Positions 12,231-24,357 of a DNA stretch of 64,000 bases are shown piece after piece. The translations under genes and the position numbers were made by a program. The notes under the pieces were generated by a model. That model searched no databases, was not told the DNA's origin, and saw only the letters and a list, made by a program, of their open reading frames with translations. This stretch comes from Zancudomyces culisetae HAW-14-8 (Eukaryota; Fungi; Kickxellomycota). Where the stretch lies: positions 1,178,001 through 1,242,000 of the forward strand of contig JBNJNM010000009.1 in assembly GCA_052426225.1 (NCBI GenBank), written 5' to 3'. Every line of letters begins with the position of its first letter. Position 1 is the first letter of the stretch.

Positions 12231-13456
12231 ATGTATATGTTGAACCGACTAACTTTGCTTCTTAATATAGCATTTTTCTTCTTTGGCGGCAGACGTAAGT
12301 TACATGAACCAATAAAGGAAACTCTTAATATATCATGTAACTAAAAGTGAATACTGGAGTCATGGAACTATCTACTAATTAATTCGTGTTGTTGTCTTTT
12401 TGCCTTATTTGGTTAACCGACCTTCATGAATGTAATACTGTAAATTATATAGTGACATCAGCACCAATAAAACGACAGAATATTCCTTCACCAGACTCAA
12501 TACCAAACGAAGTTCCAAACACAACACCAAATGCCGTGCAACAAGAGTACTTATCTGCTGAAAACTACACATGCCAAAGTGTGTTTTTGGATTTCACAAA
12601 GCCAGAAACTCTTAGCAAAGTTTCAGTAGATTGGTGTCCTCAGAATGCAGTTATCACTAGTGATGGGCTCAAAATGGAACTTAATTCGAACTGTGGTACA
12701 ACATTGGTGTATCCATACTCAATCAAGACGGGTAAGATCGAAGCGAGCATTAAAATGGCACCAGGGTCAGGAGCTGTTACTGCGCTTGTGGTAAGTGTTG
12801 GTATTGTTGCTGCTAGTAACACTATCAGTTTACAAGAACTCTCTTTTTTCCTTTTGTTTGTTAGCCATTCTCATTTCGTGTTATCTATTTCCGCCATTTT
12901 TTTCATTTCCATTTCCATTTCCATTTCCATTTTTATAGCTTGCAGGACCACCTCCATCAGATGAATTGGATATAGAATTTGTTGGAAAAGATGTAACATC
13001 TTTCCAGAGTATGTATTTCGTTAGAGCTCAGAGATATCAGCTTTCACCAATATTACATACCGCAACAGGCAGCTCGTCCAACGACTTGTCGACCGTTTTT
13101 AATACATATTCCATGGAACTCTTGAGTAACGCCGTAAAGTAAGTCAATATACACATCAACATATCGGGTGTGTTACACACTATGACATTTCCCTGACTTT
13201 TTTTTTTTACGCAAGTTCGTGTAAATATACAAATATACAAACGTATAAATATGTATACAATAGTTGGGGAGTTAACGGAAACATCGTTAGAACACTGGGT
13301 AAAATTAGCGATGACACATTTCCATACCAGGCAAACAAGCTTAGATTTGGTGTTTGGGATGGTACGAACACCAATGGCTGGGCTGGCACAATCGATTGGA
13401 GTAGTGGACCTAAAATTGGCTATATAAAATGGATCAAAATTACTCCATACTGTTAA
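12231..13456 (+). CDS. Secreted glycoside hydrolase family 16 protein (Crh-like glucanase/transglycosylase), 4 exons
   Basis: Exon 1 encodes a signal peptide (MYMLNRLTLLLNIAFFFFGG). Later exons give GKIEASIKMAPGSGAVTAL, the catalytic DELDIEFVGKD, W-GVNGNIVRTL and RFGVWDG..GWAGTIDW. Confidence 0.88.
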
Positions 13457-13952
13457 CTTTTTGACTCTTCTTTGTTAGTTGGCTATCTTAGGCTTACCAT
13501 TAGACTTTTTCTTTTGTGGTGGTATTTTTACCATATAAGTTATTGCTTAAATTAAAGTATTTATTAGATGAAAAAAACTAAAGCAATTCATAATACATAA
13601 ATCTTATAATCGTATACGCTCTGTCCTCAGTATCACCTCGAGACAAGCATAAATATAATGAATACAGCATAATGAACTTCTTGCCCCTAATGCTAAAAAT
13701 GTCATGTAACAAATATTCCATTTCGGTGTGAACATTGTGACTAACATCCTATCCATATTACAGCTTGGTTTTTATAAAAAGATAAAGAGTGTGCATGTGG
13801 AATTATCTCATTTACATAACCAACCCGGCTTAAATGAGCAAAATGTTAAAACGTTTTATTATTTATCATTGGGAGGTTTTTTTTCTTTTTTTTTTCCCCC
13901 TTGGTATACTATGTGGCTTTATACCATTAATTGGTAATAATATACAAATCGG

Positions 13953-15496
13953 CTAAATAAAATAATCCGGAACAGGCATTTTCGTAGGTGCATATCTCCC
14001 AGAATAAGAAGCGGCTTCAAATATTTTGTAATCCTTGGCCAGATTCTCGTCAAACTCTAAAATTGCAGCAACATTTCCACACCTAATCATCAAAGTCGTC
14101 CATATTGTTTAGTTCCACCACATCAAAAGCGTTAAAAAATCATATTTATACCTCTAGCCACTACAATCTTACCTATAGCAATAGTTTGGGGCAGACCAAA
14201 CGGTTGCGCATGTGTCGTCAAACATCAACTTGTACCCTTCCATAACCAGCTGGTGTGCTCGCGCAATCATCTCAAGGTTGTTGGCATGCAAAAACTATTT
14301 GAGTGAAGATGTTATTTAATCAGCCTATAAGTTTCAATTCCAGCAACACCAATACTTACCGCTTTTACCACATCACCACCAAATAGGTATCCGGCCCCTC
14401 TTGGACTCAGCCCCCATCCTTCGATTTCTATTTTTCCAGATGAAGATAGCAATAAAAAAAGAGTTAATGGAGCGAAAATAGAATACAATCAGGATAATAT
14501 CGTATGATTACCTTCAGGATCGGACCATAGCAAATCGCACATTCCTCCTTCATGTGGAACCTCTTGCTTTCTATCTATTGTTCTTATTTGATCAATAGTG
14601 TTGATTGTAGGACTTAGTCCTCCATGAACACAAAACACTTTGTCGTCGATGATTGCTGCAAGGCTCAAATAGTCAAACACATCGCAGCAATACCTCCATA
14701 CATTTGCTGACCCGTATTTCCTCATACACTCATCGTAAAACCCGTAAACCTGTGTTATTTGTCTGCTTTCGTGATTACCCCGAATTAGTGTTACCCGATC
14801 TGGGTATCTAACCTTAATTGCTAATAACAAGAGAAAAGTTTCCACACTATAGAATCCTCTATCAACGAAATCCCCTATTGAATATTATCATCATATGATA
14901 CCATATTACTACTTCTTTTTGTGGTGCGTACTAAATATAAAAGTACAAATTAGGATGCTATTCAATTCGTTTCTTTTCTGAATCTTCAGGATATATTGCA
15001 TAAAAAAAGCACATCTACCTACCCATGAAGAGGTAATTTGTATCGGGACACTTTCCTCCAACTTGAAACAGCTCTCGGAGGTCGTAAAACTGTCCGTGAA
15101 TATCACCGCATATCTATGGATTTGGTTTAAAATAATTTAGCGATTGTAGTTAGTTATCCTGTATTTTGAATAGTCCCCAGCTCCCCCCCCCCCCTATGTG
15201 ACCAGTTTAAATTTAATCCGAATCTTCCTCCCCTCAATTAATTACCGTTATTGGTGCGTCTACTCTTTGGACATTGCTTTCTTCTATAAAAATCTCTTTT
15301 GCTTTATTACATAGCTCCTTCACTTGTTCCTCTGGGATTATCTCGCATTTTTTCAGTTTTTCTATTTGTCTATTAGTTAAATTCATTCATAATTTGATCA
15401 GAACCTTTGGTTTAGCTCCAACTAATGTGTCCAGCTGTAGTAAATGCACATTGGTTTATCATATTTATAAACTTACAAGTCCAAATCGCTGAGCAT
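13953..15496 (-). CDS. PPH3: Ser/Thr protein phosphatase 4 catalytic subunit (PP2A family), 7 exons
   Basis: [86 protein letters not shown]; C-terminus PDYFI*. Confidence 0.93.
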
Positions 15497-16309
15497 TTTC
15501 CCCGAGTATTTCTGTTTGTTCTTGCTTTTTGGCTTTCTTGATCAAGGTTTATATTTTCCTCTCGTGTTTACTGATTTCCGAGTTTGAGTTTGGTTGCTTT
15601 TATTGAGAACAATAAAATTGAAACTCTTTTAGTGCTAGAAAAGTCCGTCAACTGTTTGCTATTTATTTGCTGTAAAATAACAGTGGGCTGTTTGCTAATT
15701 TGCACTGTTTATTTTTAGTTTTTACGAGTGGTTATTTAAATAAAACAGTCGCCAAACCAAGGCAAATCTTATTAGTGGACCCGTGATGGAAACACAATCC
15801 GCTTAAACTCCTGTAATTTTTTTTCATGGCTTTTAAATACTTTAAATGCCAAGGAGTCATATCGTATGCCTACCAACCTTGGTCTATAAGTTCAAAATTA
15901 GAAAAAGGCTACTGTATTTAATAAAAAAATGACATTGACTACATATCCTTTGTATGAATACTTCAATGAAATTCATAAAATAAAAATATGTCTATTCCTG
16001 AGCCCCTGTGAGGCGTATATGTATATTTAAAAAACTGTACAATCAATATTTAAATAGGATTTACAAAACTTTTATCAAAACTAGTAATTACCATCTACTA
16101 GATACACCAGCGTGTTTTATTCTAGCCAAGGTATTTTTGAAGAAATCAAGGTTATCTTTTCCTGCAGATTTCCAATAAATAAATTATCTAGTCTTATCTG
16201 GTTTTATCTGATACTGTAAACTGCGATTCGTGTACAGCATGTATTCACAAGCAAACAAAAACAAGTATGCGAGACACTTGTAGGAATACATTAATATTAT
16301 AAGCGAAGA

Positions 16310-16912
16310 CTAGAAGATGGTTAACCCAAATATCAATGCCCTTTGGTCTACATCTATTTCTGACAAAGATTTTTTAAGACTACTACTCTTAAACTCCACC
16401 TGCTTCATGTTTAACCGGTGCTGTTTACTTAACACAGCAAGTGTTACATTGTTCTTGTCCACAACAAAATATTTGGACTTCTCTTCGGATTCTAGTGCTT
16501 GCGCAAATAATGTATAATTTGCCAAACGCAACTCTGTGGGTTTATTTATCTCGCTTTTAAATGTATTGATGTAACCTACGCTTTCTCTTTCCAAGGATCG
16601 GCTTACTACGATAGTATTTCCAGTTTCCCTGTAAAACTTTGATAATGTGAATAAATAGGTTCCATCTGCATCTAAGACCATTTTTCTCTTTAAAAATACA
16701 TCATCGCCTGGGTAAAACGCGCAATCAAATGCAATCGTATTTAAAACATATCCTATGGTATCGCCAAACTCGTTTTTTAGTATATAGCTCGTAACCTTAG
16801 ATCTGAAATGTTTGCCGACCTTGCATTTTGTAAAATGATTGATGCTTATTGTGTTGTGATTCAGCAGCTTTGCTATGAGACCTTGGTCAAGTATACTTTG
16901 TTGAAGAACCAT
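16310..16912 (-). CDS. Divergent phospholipid scramblase / Aim25 / Tubby-C-like protein, possibly C-terminally truncated
   Basis: 200 aa ORF with repeated beta-hairpin motifs (SYILKNEFGDTIGYV, VLDADGTYLFTLSK, YFVVDKNNVTLAVLSK) and IDVDQRALIFG, which resembles the scramblase C-terminal helix (xDQRAxL). Confidence 0.55.
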   Translation of the reverse strand: MVLQQSILDQGLIAKLLNHNTISINHFTKCKVGKHFRSKVTSYILKNEFGDTIGYVLNTIAFDCAFYPGDDVFLKRKMVLDADGTYLFTLSKFYRETGNTIVVSRSLERESVGYINTFKSEINKPTELRLANYTLFAQALESEEKSKYFVVDKNNVTLAVLSKQHRLNMKQVEFKSSSLKKSLSEIDVDQRALIFGLTIF

Positions 16913-19900
16913 TTATTTATATCTTTTCGTCGGTATTCTCTTTCTGTTCTGTGTGTTAAAATATTATTACAAGTAATATTCTCTTGTACTGGTAAAATCT
17001 ATATGCTATTATATACATTAAGCGCTCCGTTTTTCTACAGGCTTAGTTGGATTTCTTTTTTTTCTGCTTTACTTTGTATTTATTTATCTCTAAAGTTATA
17101 ATTTAAGATATATATTTTTAATTCCATTTTAGATGCTTTGATTTGAATGAATTGGGAGTAAATCAATGTAATCTAAAAACCATTGTTGGAATATATCGCT
17201 TTATTTATATCAGTATACATCCGCATATGTATAATAATTAAGGTGTTCTTTAAATGCAGCTCTTTAAAGTATTCACATTTCGCTGCATAAGATGCGTTTA
17301 TGATTAAACGAGCATATCAACAAAATTTCGATTAAAGGGTTCGTACGTATCACTCAATGAATGAAGAGCTAAGAGTTTTTGAGAAAATTTGTGATCAGCT
17401 AACCAGGTATACACGCAACCTACGTAAAATCTGTCACCTGGTGTTGTCGCTTTTAGATTCTCTTTCTTTGGAGTAAAAAAATCACATTAGCATGTGTTCA
17501 TATGCCTACAAGCGTGATTAAGTCTTTCAAGATTCTTGGAACTTTGTAGTTGAATTTTATGCAGTTATGTTTTTAGGTCTTAGTATAAATTATAATGTCA
17601 ATAGGGGAAACCTATCTAAAGTTCACTAACTTACTGGTGTAGATATCCTATGATCAAAAATAATAACAATTATAAGGACTGCTAGTTTAGATGTTAATTA
17701 ACTATGACATCAAGTCACTTATGTAAAAATTCTCCGAAGCGAATCTAATAGAATCGCTAAATATGCTGATAAGAGTATATGGCACACATTTATTTTGCAT
17801 ACCCCGGACCTTTATTAGCTTATTCAGAGACTAAAAATGTTGTAATATATTCTCAAATATCACGACCATGGACTCTGTAACGCATCCTTTTGCATACTAG
17901 CAGTTGGCCATTTATTTACTTATTTATTCTAATTATGGAAGGAACATGGAATTTATAAGAAATAGAAACGAACTTAAAAATAGCTCTAGGCAACAATGAA
18001 GATGATACCAAATGAAATGGCAAACATGGAAGCCACGTAAAAGGTGTGTTTCTGGGCAAGTTTTTTCTTTATGGCAGACAAGTATGCGTATATATATATA
18101 TACAAATATATAATGGTGTATGTTTGGTTTACCAGCTTGTCGCACTGACCAAACTTCTAGGCTTCATGAACCTTCATACTATATTTCTTGACACAAATCC
18201 TCGAGTGCTTCTCAACTAACCATTCAATTTACTCCGTAGGCAAGAGTCCTCAAGGGAAAAATATATTTTCAAGCTTGTAGAGTAGTTAGACAGCCAAACT
18301 AGTCACCTGAATCTATTTTGCAACACATGCACTATTTATTTGCAAATAAAAAATATCTAGCCATACTTATTCTCCCCAAAAATGAATACACATATTTCGA
18401 GGTACTTAAAGATCATGCTTTCAGCTGTAAAGTTTTCTTACTAAACCAGCTATTTTTTCCGTGGATTTATACTACATGTTTTTTGCATAAAAAAGTTATA
18501 TAGTTGTAAAGGTACCATGAGCTTATAAGATAGTCTTGTACTAATTTTTTAGATACAAATTAAATGTCGAGCCTGGCACCAGACTTTGTTGTTCTGCGAC
18601 AATAGGTATAGTTATAATAACAATAACAATAATATTATTATTACTCCTTTTATTTTTTCCCTTGTTCCTCTCCTTACTTCCCATTCTCATTTTTCAATGA
18701 TCATTCGTTTAATTTGTCGTCTATTCTAATATAAAATAAAAAAATACGCACAAAGATATCAAATGTCCCCTTAGCTACTCGAAAAAACACCTACATTAGG
18801 AAAATAGGTTTGTGTCACGTCTACATATGAGAAAGACTCAAAAGCTCACTGCTTTTTCAAAAAAATAAAATTTTTTTTTCAATATAGAAAAGCAAATATA
18901 AGTATAGTAAATGTGAAAAACTAGTAAAGGAGCAATGATAAATCTCACAAAGACAAACTTTTTAAATCCTAAAGAATTAAGCTCTTACAAAGACAATAAA
19001 ATCTATATTAATTTGATAACACCTCATCTATTATTGCTGTTAAATATTGTTTATTTCTTCTAGTAATAAACACTTTAACTATATCCACACTTCTTCCTTG
19101 AACTCATAGACAAATGTGATACTTGCTGAGAGCCCCGAATCCAACCAAGTATTTTCTGAGCCTATACACATGGTTAATCCAAAATACTTGGACACTCTTC
19201 CCTTTTTTATGAACTTTTCATCTTAATTACAAGTCAGTGTCGACTACTCTGTTGTCGAGTGTACTTGGGTTCTCCAGTTCAAGTACCATAAATTCAATAG
19301 GTTCACCTATCTTTTTTTACCAAGGTCTAGACAATAAGCCACAAAAAAACAGACCAAAATCAAGCCACTATACGAGCTATTAACATTCTTGATCCTATTT
19401 TTCACAAAGTTGTGCCACTAATGGTGATAAACTACGTACCACCATCAAGACCTCCCATAATTAAAATAGTCTTGGCATCTAATAGTGAAGAAGCATATTG
19501 TTACGGCTTGGTTGGAAGCTACTAGGCTGAAATAATTTTGTGGAACTTGATACTCACTAAAACTATTACAGTGTCGCACGTTTGAAAGAGAAGAAGGGAA
19601 AGAGGTGTCTTTTGGAAGCTGCGAGAGAACGTTATATTAAGTCGATAAATATTTTTAGCGAGGTTCTATACCCTGAACAAACAATGGTACCTTATCATTT
19701 TCGGTCTCGATCTGCTTTTATGTTATTATGCGAGCTAATTGCTAACATCGTGCTTAATTTTTGCTTTAGCATAAGCCATGGAACTGAGTTTACCAATCGG
19801 TGCGGTCATGATGCACTTACTACACAGCTCACCTATTGATAGCTAATTGAGTACTAACAGTTTTAGTAGAAAATATGTTTACTTGTATAGAACATTGTTC

Positions 19901-20308
19901 CAATGTTGTGGTATGCAAAAAAAATGCATTTTTACAAGTGTTCACAGAATCACTAAACATATTTTGTGCAACACAACTTGTGCCAACAATGAGACTAAAA
20001 ACAATATAACTATTAGCTAATGTCTAGTTCCCTTTTACCTTTTGTATACATTGTGCACAAATGTTTTTGTTACAACTCCTATAAATAGAATATTTTAGTT
20101 TTTATGATTCACAGTTTTTAGAACACTAACGGCAAAGCGTAACAAATACACATTCTCTTGTAATATAAAAGAAAAAAATAGTGAAAGCAAGTTGAGGACT
20201 TGCTATCATCTTGAATATTACCTGCAGTGTCTCTTTCTCCTATGAAGAATGCCATATGTTTTGTAGCATAGCTGACACGTTGAGTTATCCTATCATGTAT
20301 ATTACTTG

Positions 20309-22596
20309 TTAACACTTTTTACTCTACAAATGTTTATCAAAGTAAGCATTTTTTTAAACTTAAATTCTCACATTTGTTGGTTCCAGGCAGCAACCTTCAT
20401 GTGAAAGCTTAGTTTCAGAAACAGCTGAACGCCTGAGATCAATCGAACCTGAAGATTTTGACAACTCGCTCTTTCTTGTAATAATAGCTGTGGAAAGTTC
20501 ACTAGACCATTCGTTCTTTTCATCACTTGAATCTGTTTTAGATGGTTAATATTTCATTATTATATTATTTCAGTATTAGTTTTTGCTTATTTGCAGTAAA
20601 TTGCGTCAAAGACTCTGCTTGTATCCTGATTTTATACATTTATTCATATATCGATTTCTCAAGATTGTAATTTATATAAAAAGTACCTAATTGAAGGGTT
20701 ATTGGGCTTTTCCCTTTGTACATCAACTCTATGCTCATTTTGCCTATTTTTTTTACACAATTTTACAACGTTATTATAATTATAACCTTCTCTTTCCTTT
20801 ATAAATACTCCCAGAATTTTAAAAGTTGAATAAAAGTATGTACCAGAATCATCTTGCAACACATCTAGATTTTCCAAGTATAGCGCTTTACACTCTTGTT
20901 CACAGAAAAACAGGCCAGAACTCCTATTTAATACACATTAATTCAATGTAAGGGTTTCTTTCAGTAGTAGTAACTTTGGATTTCTGTCGTTAGCAAATAA
21001 ATAAATAAATAAAAAACAAAATCCTTGAGTGAAGAAACAAAAATGAGTGATATGAGTGAAGGCTTACCGTAAATACATAAGCATATCAGAGAACAGGTAT
21101 ATATGCCGTTTTTCCATAGTTGATTTAAAACGCTATAGGTATTGTAAAGGTATGAATGTATCTTTGTTGCCAAGTAATCAAAATGTATATCGAGATATAC
21201 TTACTGCATGTATCAATCCCTCTCTGATGAGTTTTCTACCAGGTGCCAGCAAAAACTATTTTATAATTTGAAAGGTCTCTCAATATGTAAACAAAAATAT
21301 ATTTTTTTCTCAATAAATCCGTAAAAACTAGCCAAAAAGGCATAGAGTATATGGTCTTGAGTTAATTTTTAGGACATACCTCGTTTATTTTCATATTTTT
21401 TTGAATGTCGAGGATCTGATGTATCATTTGTTGCTCTCTAATGCTTTCATTTATTGCTTTTGCAACTATAAAGATGAGTTTAATTGTTGTGAGTATTAAT
21501 ATTTGTTTCTAATACTGCCTACCGTAATAATAAACTCTTAGGTGATACAAATGGGTATTTACCTTTATCTATAACCTCAAACGCCCTCTTTGTCTGTATA
21601 AAATCAGGATGGTCTTCATCTGTATTAGAGAGTATGTTTTTTAATAGAAGCTTGTATCTATTTATGCAGAATTATAAATGTGAGTATATGTTTCCGGTAT
21701 ACCTGTCCATATATGACTTGGATAACTCAAAATTTAGTGAACCAATATATCAATAATGAAAAAAATAATAAATACCTGGGAATTCTTTGAACCGGCAAGA
21801 GTAGATAGCTCTTAAAACTTAGCCCATTGCACACTCTACTTTTTTCACCTTCCTACATGAACATCAATATATGATGGTTTTTATCTAGATTTTTATCAGA
21901 TTAGAATGGAAATGACGTAGAAGAAAATAAACGTACTTCGATAAACGACGCAAAGCGGTCATTTTCTTTGATACACGACTCGTATCGTTCCAAAGAATAG
22001 GTAAAGTGTGACAAGTACATGGTATACATCTTCATAAATGGAAAATACTTTGCACATATGTCACCAACACAGCCCGTATGTGGGTCCCAAGAATGATTTG
22101 AGTTTTCTAATCTTTCTATTAGCTCAGATATGTACTCTTTGCTTAGGCTCGATATACTGAAAAGATCAGAAAACAAAATGTTTAAGTCTTTTTTTAGTAA
22201 TATAGGCGAATCCGTAGATAATGCCATTTTTAGAGGGTTGTAGAATATCTATTACACAAGACAGGGGTTGTACGTTAATAAATTATCATTAGTTATACAA
22301 TGTGTGAAAAAATATACATGTTACTGAATAGAGACTTACATTTATGATAACATCGAGCCCTCTGATATATGTTTTTTCTGTATTTAGCAGTTCGTAGACC
22401 GCATTCATTCTATTTTCAACACGAGAATGCATCTAGCCAAAAATAGAAAAAGCTCGTAAACAACAAATATACATGTGTTTTATACTAGCTATAAAATATT
22501 ATTGTTAGATTATTAACTTATTCGCTTATTAGTATTAGGAAAAAGCATAACAAAAAAATATACCTGCATTGAACACTGAAAGGCTATAAACTTCAT
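20309..22596 (-). CDS. Rho guanine-nucleotide exchange factor (DH + PH), 10 or more exons; 5' end uncertain (may extend to ~23,500), stop at 20360 or 20309
   Basis: Exons splice in frame. DH: RMNAVYELLNTEKTYIRGL, FPFMKMYTMY, LSFKSYLLLPVQRIPRYKLLLKNILSITDEDHPDF. PH: PGRKLIREG, RHIYLFSDMLMY, DSSDEKNEWSSEL. Confidence 0.85.
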
Positions 22597-22850
22597 TAAT
22601 ATGGTTTGGTTGTTAAAAAAGCTTCTTAGCCCTATTCTTAGTCTCAATCATGACTATTATTTTTTGATTTGAGGATAAGTAGGTTAGTCTTTTGGTTACA
22701 TTTACAATCCTTAACTTGGAAAAAAAGATTCAAGTCTTTGGACTACAGTAGGCAAAAGTGTCTTGTAGGATAGATAAATACAAGATATCAATCCAGTAAA
22801 TGTTATCAACAGGAAAAGTTGTTGCAAGTACAGTTTCTTAATCCTCATAC

Positions 22851-22900
22851 CCAACAAAATTCCGACAAAGTTCCAACAAAGTTCCAACAACGTACCAACA
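22851..22900. repeat. Short 11-bp tandem repeat (CCAACAAAGTT-like, 4-5 copies)
   Basis: ccaacaaaattccgacaaagttccaacaaagttccaacaacgtaccaaca. Confidence 0.7.
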
Positions 22901-24357
22901 GATCTGACACCATGGTGTATTATATCATTTTGTTTATTTCTAGACCTTTTGATTGCTGAAGTTCTGGTTTTTCTATATAAAATTAACAAACAAATAAAAA
23001 CAGTTTCAACTTGTAGTTGCCAAATGCTAAGACAAGTTGTTCTTCTAAAACACTATCGTCATGTTTCTCATAGTTTCTAGATACTTTAGTACCAAAACAT
23101 CTTGGGCAAAGTAAAACTTTGACTTTTGGTGGTGAATAAATGTCATTACTTTACAACGCTAACTGATTCCATCCAAAAAACTAAAATGACTTGTGCGATA
23201 AGTACCAGGTATAAAAGGATATGGTGTAGAATATACACTTTCGTTTCCCCCCTTTTCCGCTTCTCTTTCTCTTTTTTTCATTTATTTTTCTTTGAGGATA
23301 AAACAAACACTAATCGTAAACACCAAGGCTTTGAAAAGGGATAAAGTACATACCTTACTAGCTTACTGTATGAAACTGTCTTGAAATTTACCAATAGTGT
23401 GTTCGAAATTTTCAGAAATGGGTTTCTAGTTCATGTCAAACATTACAAGCTTGGATTTTTTTTTGGAGTTTTCAACTATTTTTGGGGAAGAAAGTGTGCG
23501 AGAAAGAAAAAGACGCAAATCATTTTGGTATTGGCATACCTTTTTAGTGTGGGGTAGCTTTCCCCTTTGTTTTTGAGTATTTCTACTCCCAAAAATCAAA
23601 TTTTGACAAAAATGAATGTGGGATACGGAAACCTGGGATTGAAGCGAAGAGAACAAAACGGATAAAAATGACATTTAATGCTACTTTACCTTCGTTCCGA
23701 ACAAATTCTAGAGTAATTGTAAGAGCTGGTTTATTTTTATATGACCATTATAAAGGGATGGGTGGGTTTTATAAAAAACACCGGTTTGTTCTGCAACTAA
23801 TAACCATCCAAAGATGTATCAAGTACAGATTATACAACAGGGATGGATGTTTGGCCATAAGTTGAATTTATAATAGCATATTTTCATTAATGCGACAAAC
23901 ATTTGAATTAAATAGTTCTAGTAATTTAACTATTCAAACGGAATCGTATAGAATGTTGAATATGAGGTAGTAGTAGTAGACCCATAAAGGTTCAGGCTCT
24001 TAATGTAATTTTTGAGATAGATGTGTTGACATTCAATCAATTTGTAGTATGCTCAGAAACCAATAAATGTATAACACAGGAGGTTTCACATATAGACCTC
24101 TGCTTTTTTTTTTTGTTTCTGGAGAATAATAATATTGGATATCATAAGACAACGTCTTGTTCGGGATTCGTTTATTTTGCAGGAATGTGTAAAAAAAAAA
24201 ACAGTGTAAAATAGTGCACAGTGTAAAATATAAAACGGAATAGGACAGAACATAATAAACAAAATAGTAAATCTAAATTGAAAAAGATGGAGAAAGAAAA
24301 GAATCACGAATAAGATATATGCGTAGTATATGCTCTGGAAGAGTAGGAAGCTCAGAG

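Noticed and set aside
20925-20990. Apparent in-frame stop suggesting the RhoGEF is a pseudogene
   Set aside because: Using the downstream TAG acceptor (~20925) restores the frame through the whole PH domain.
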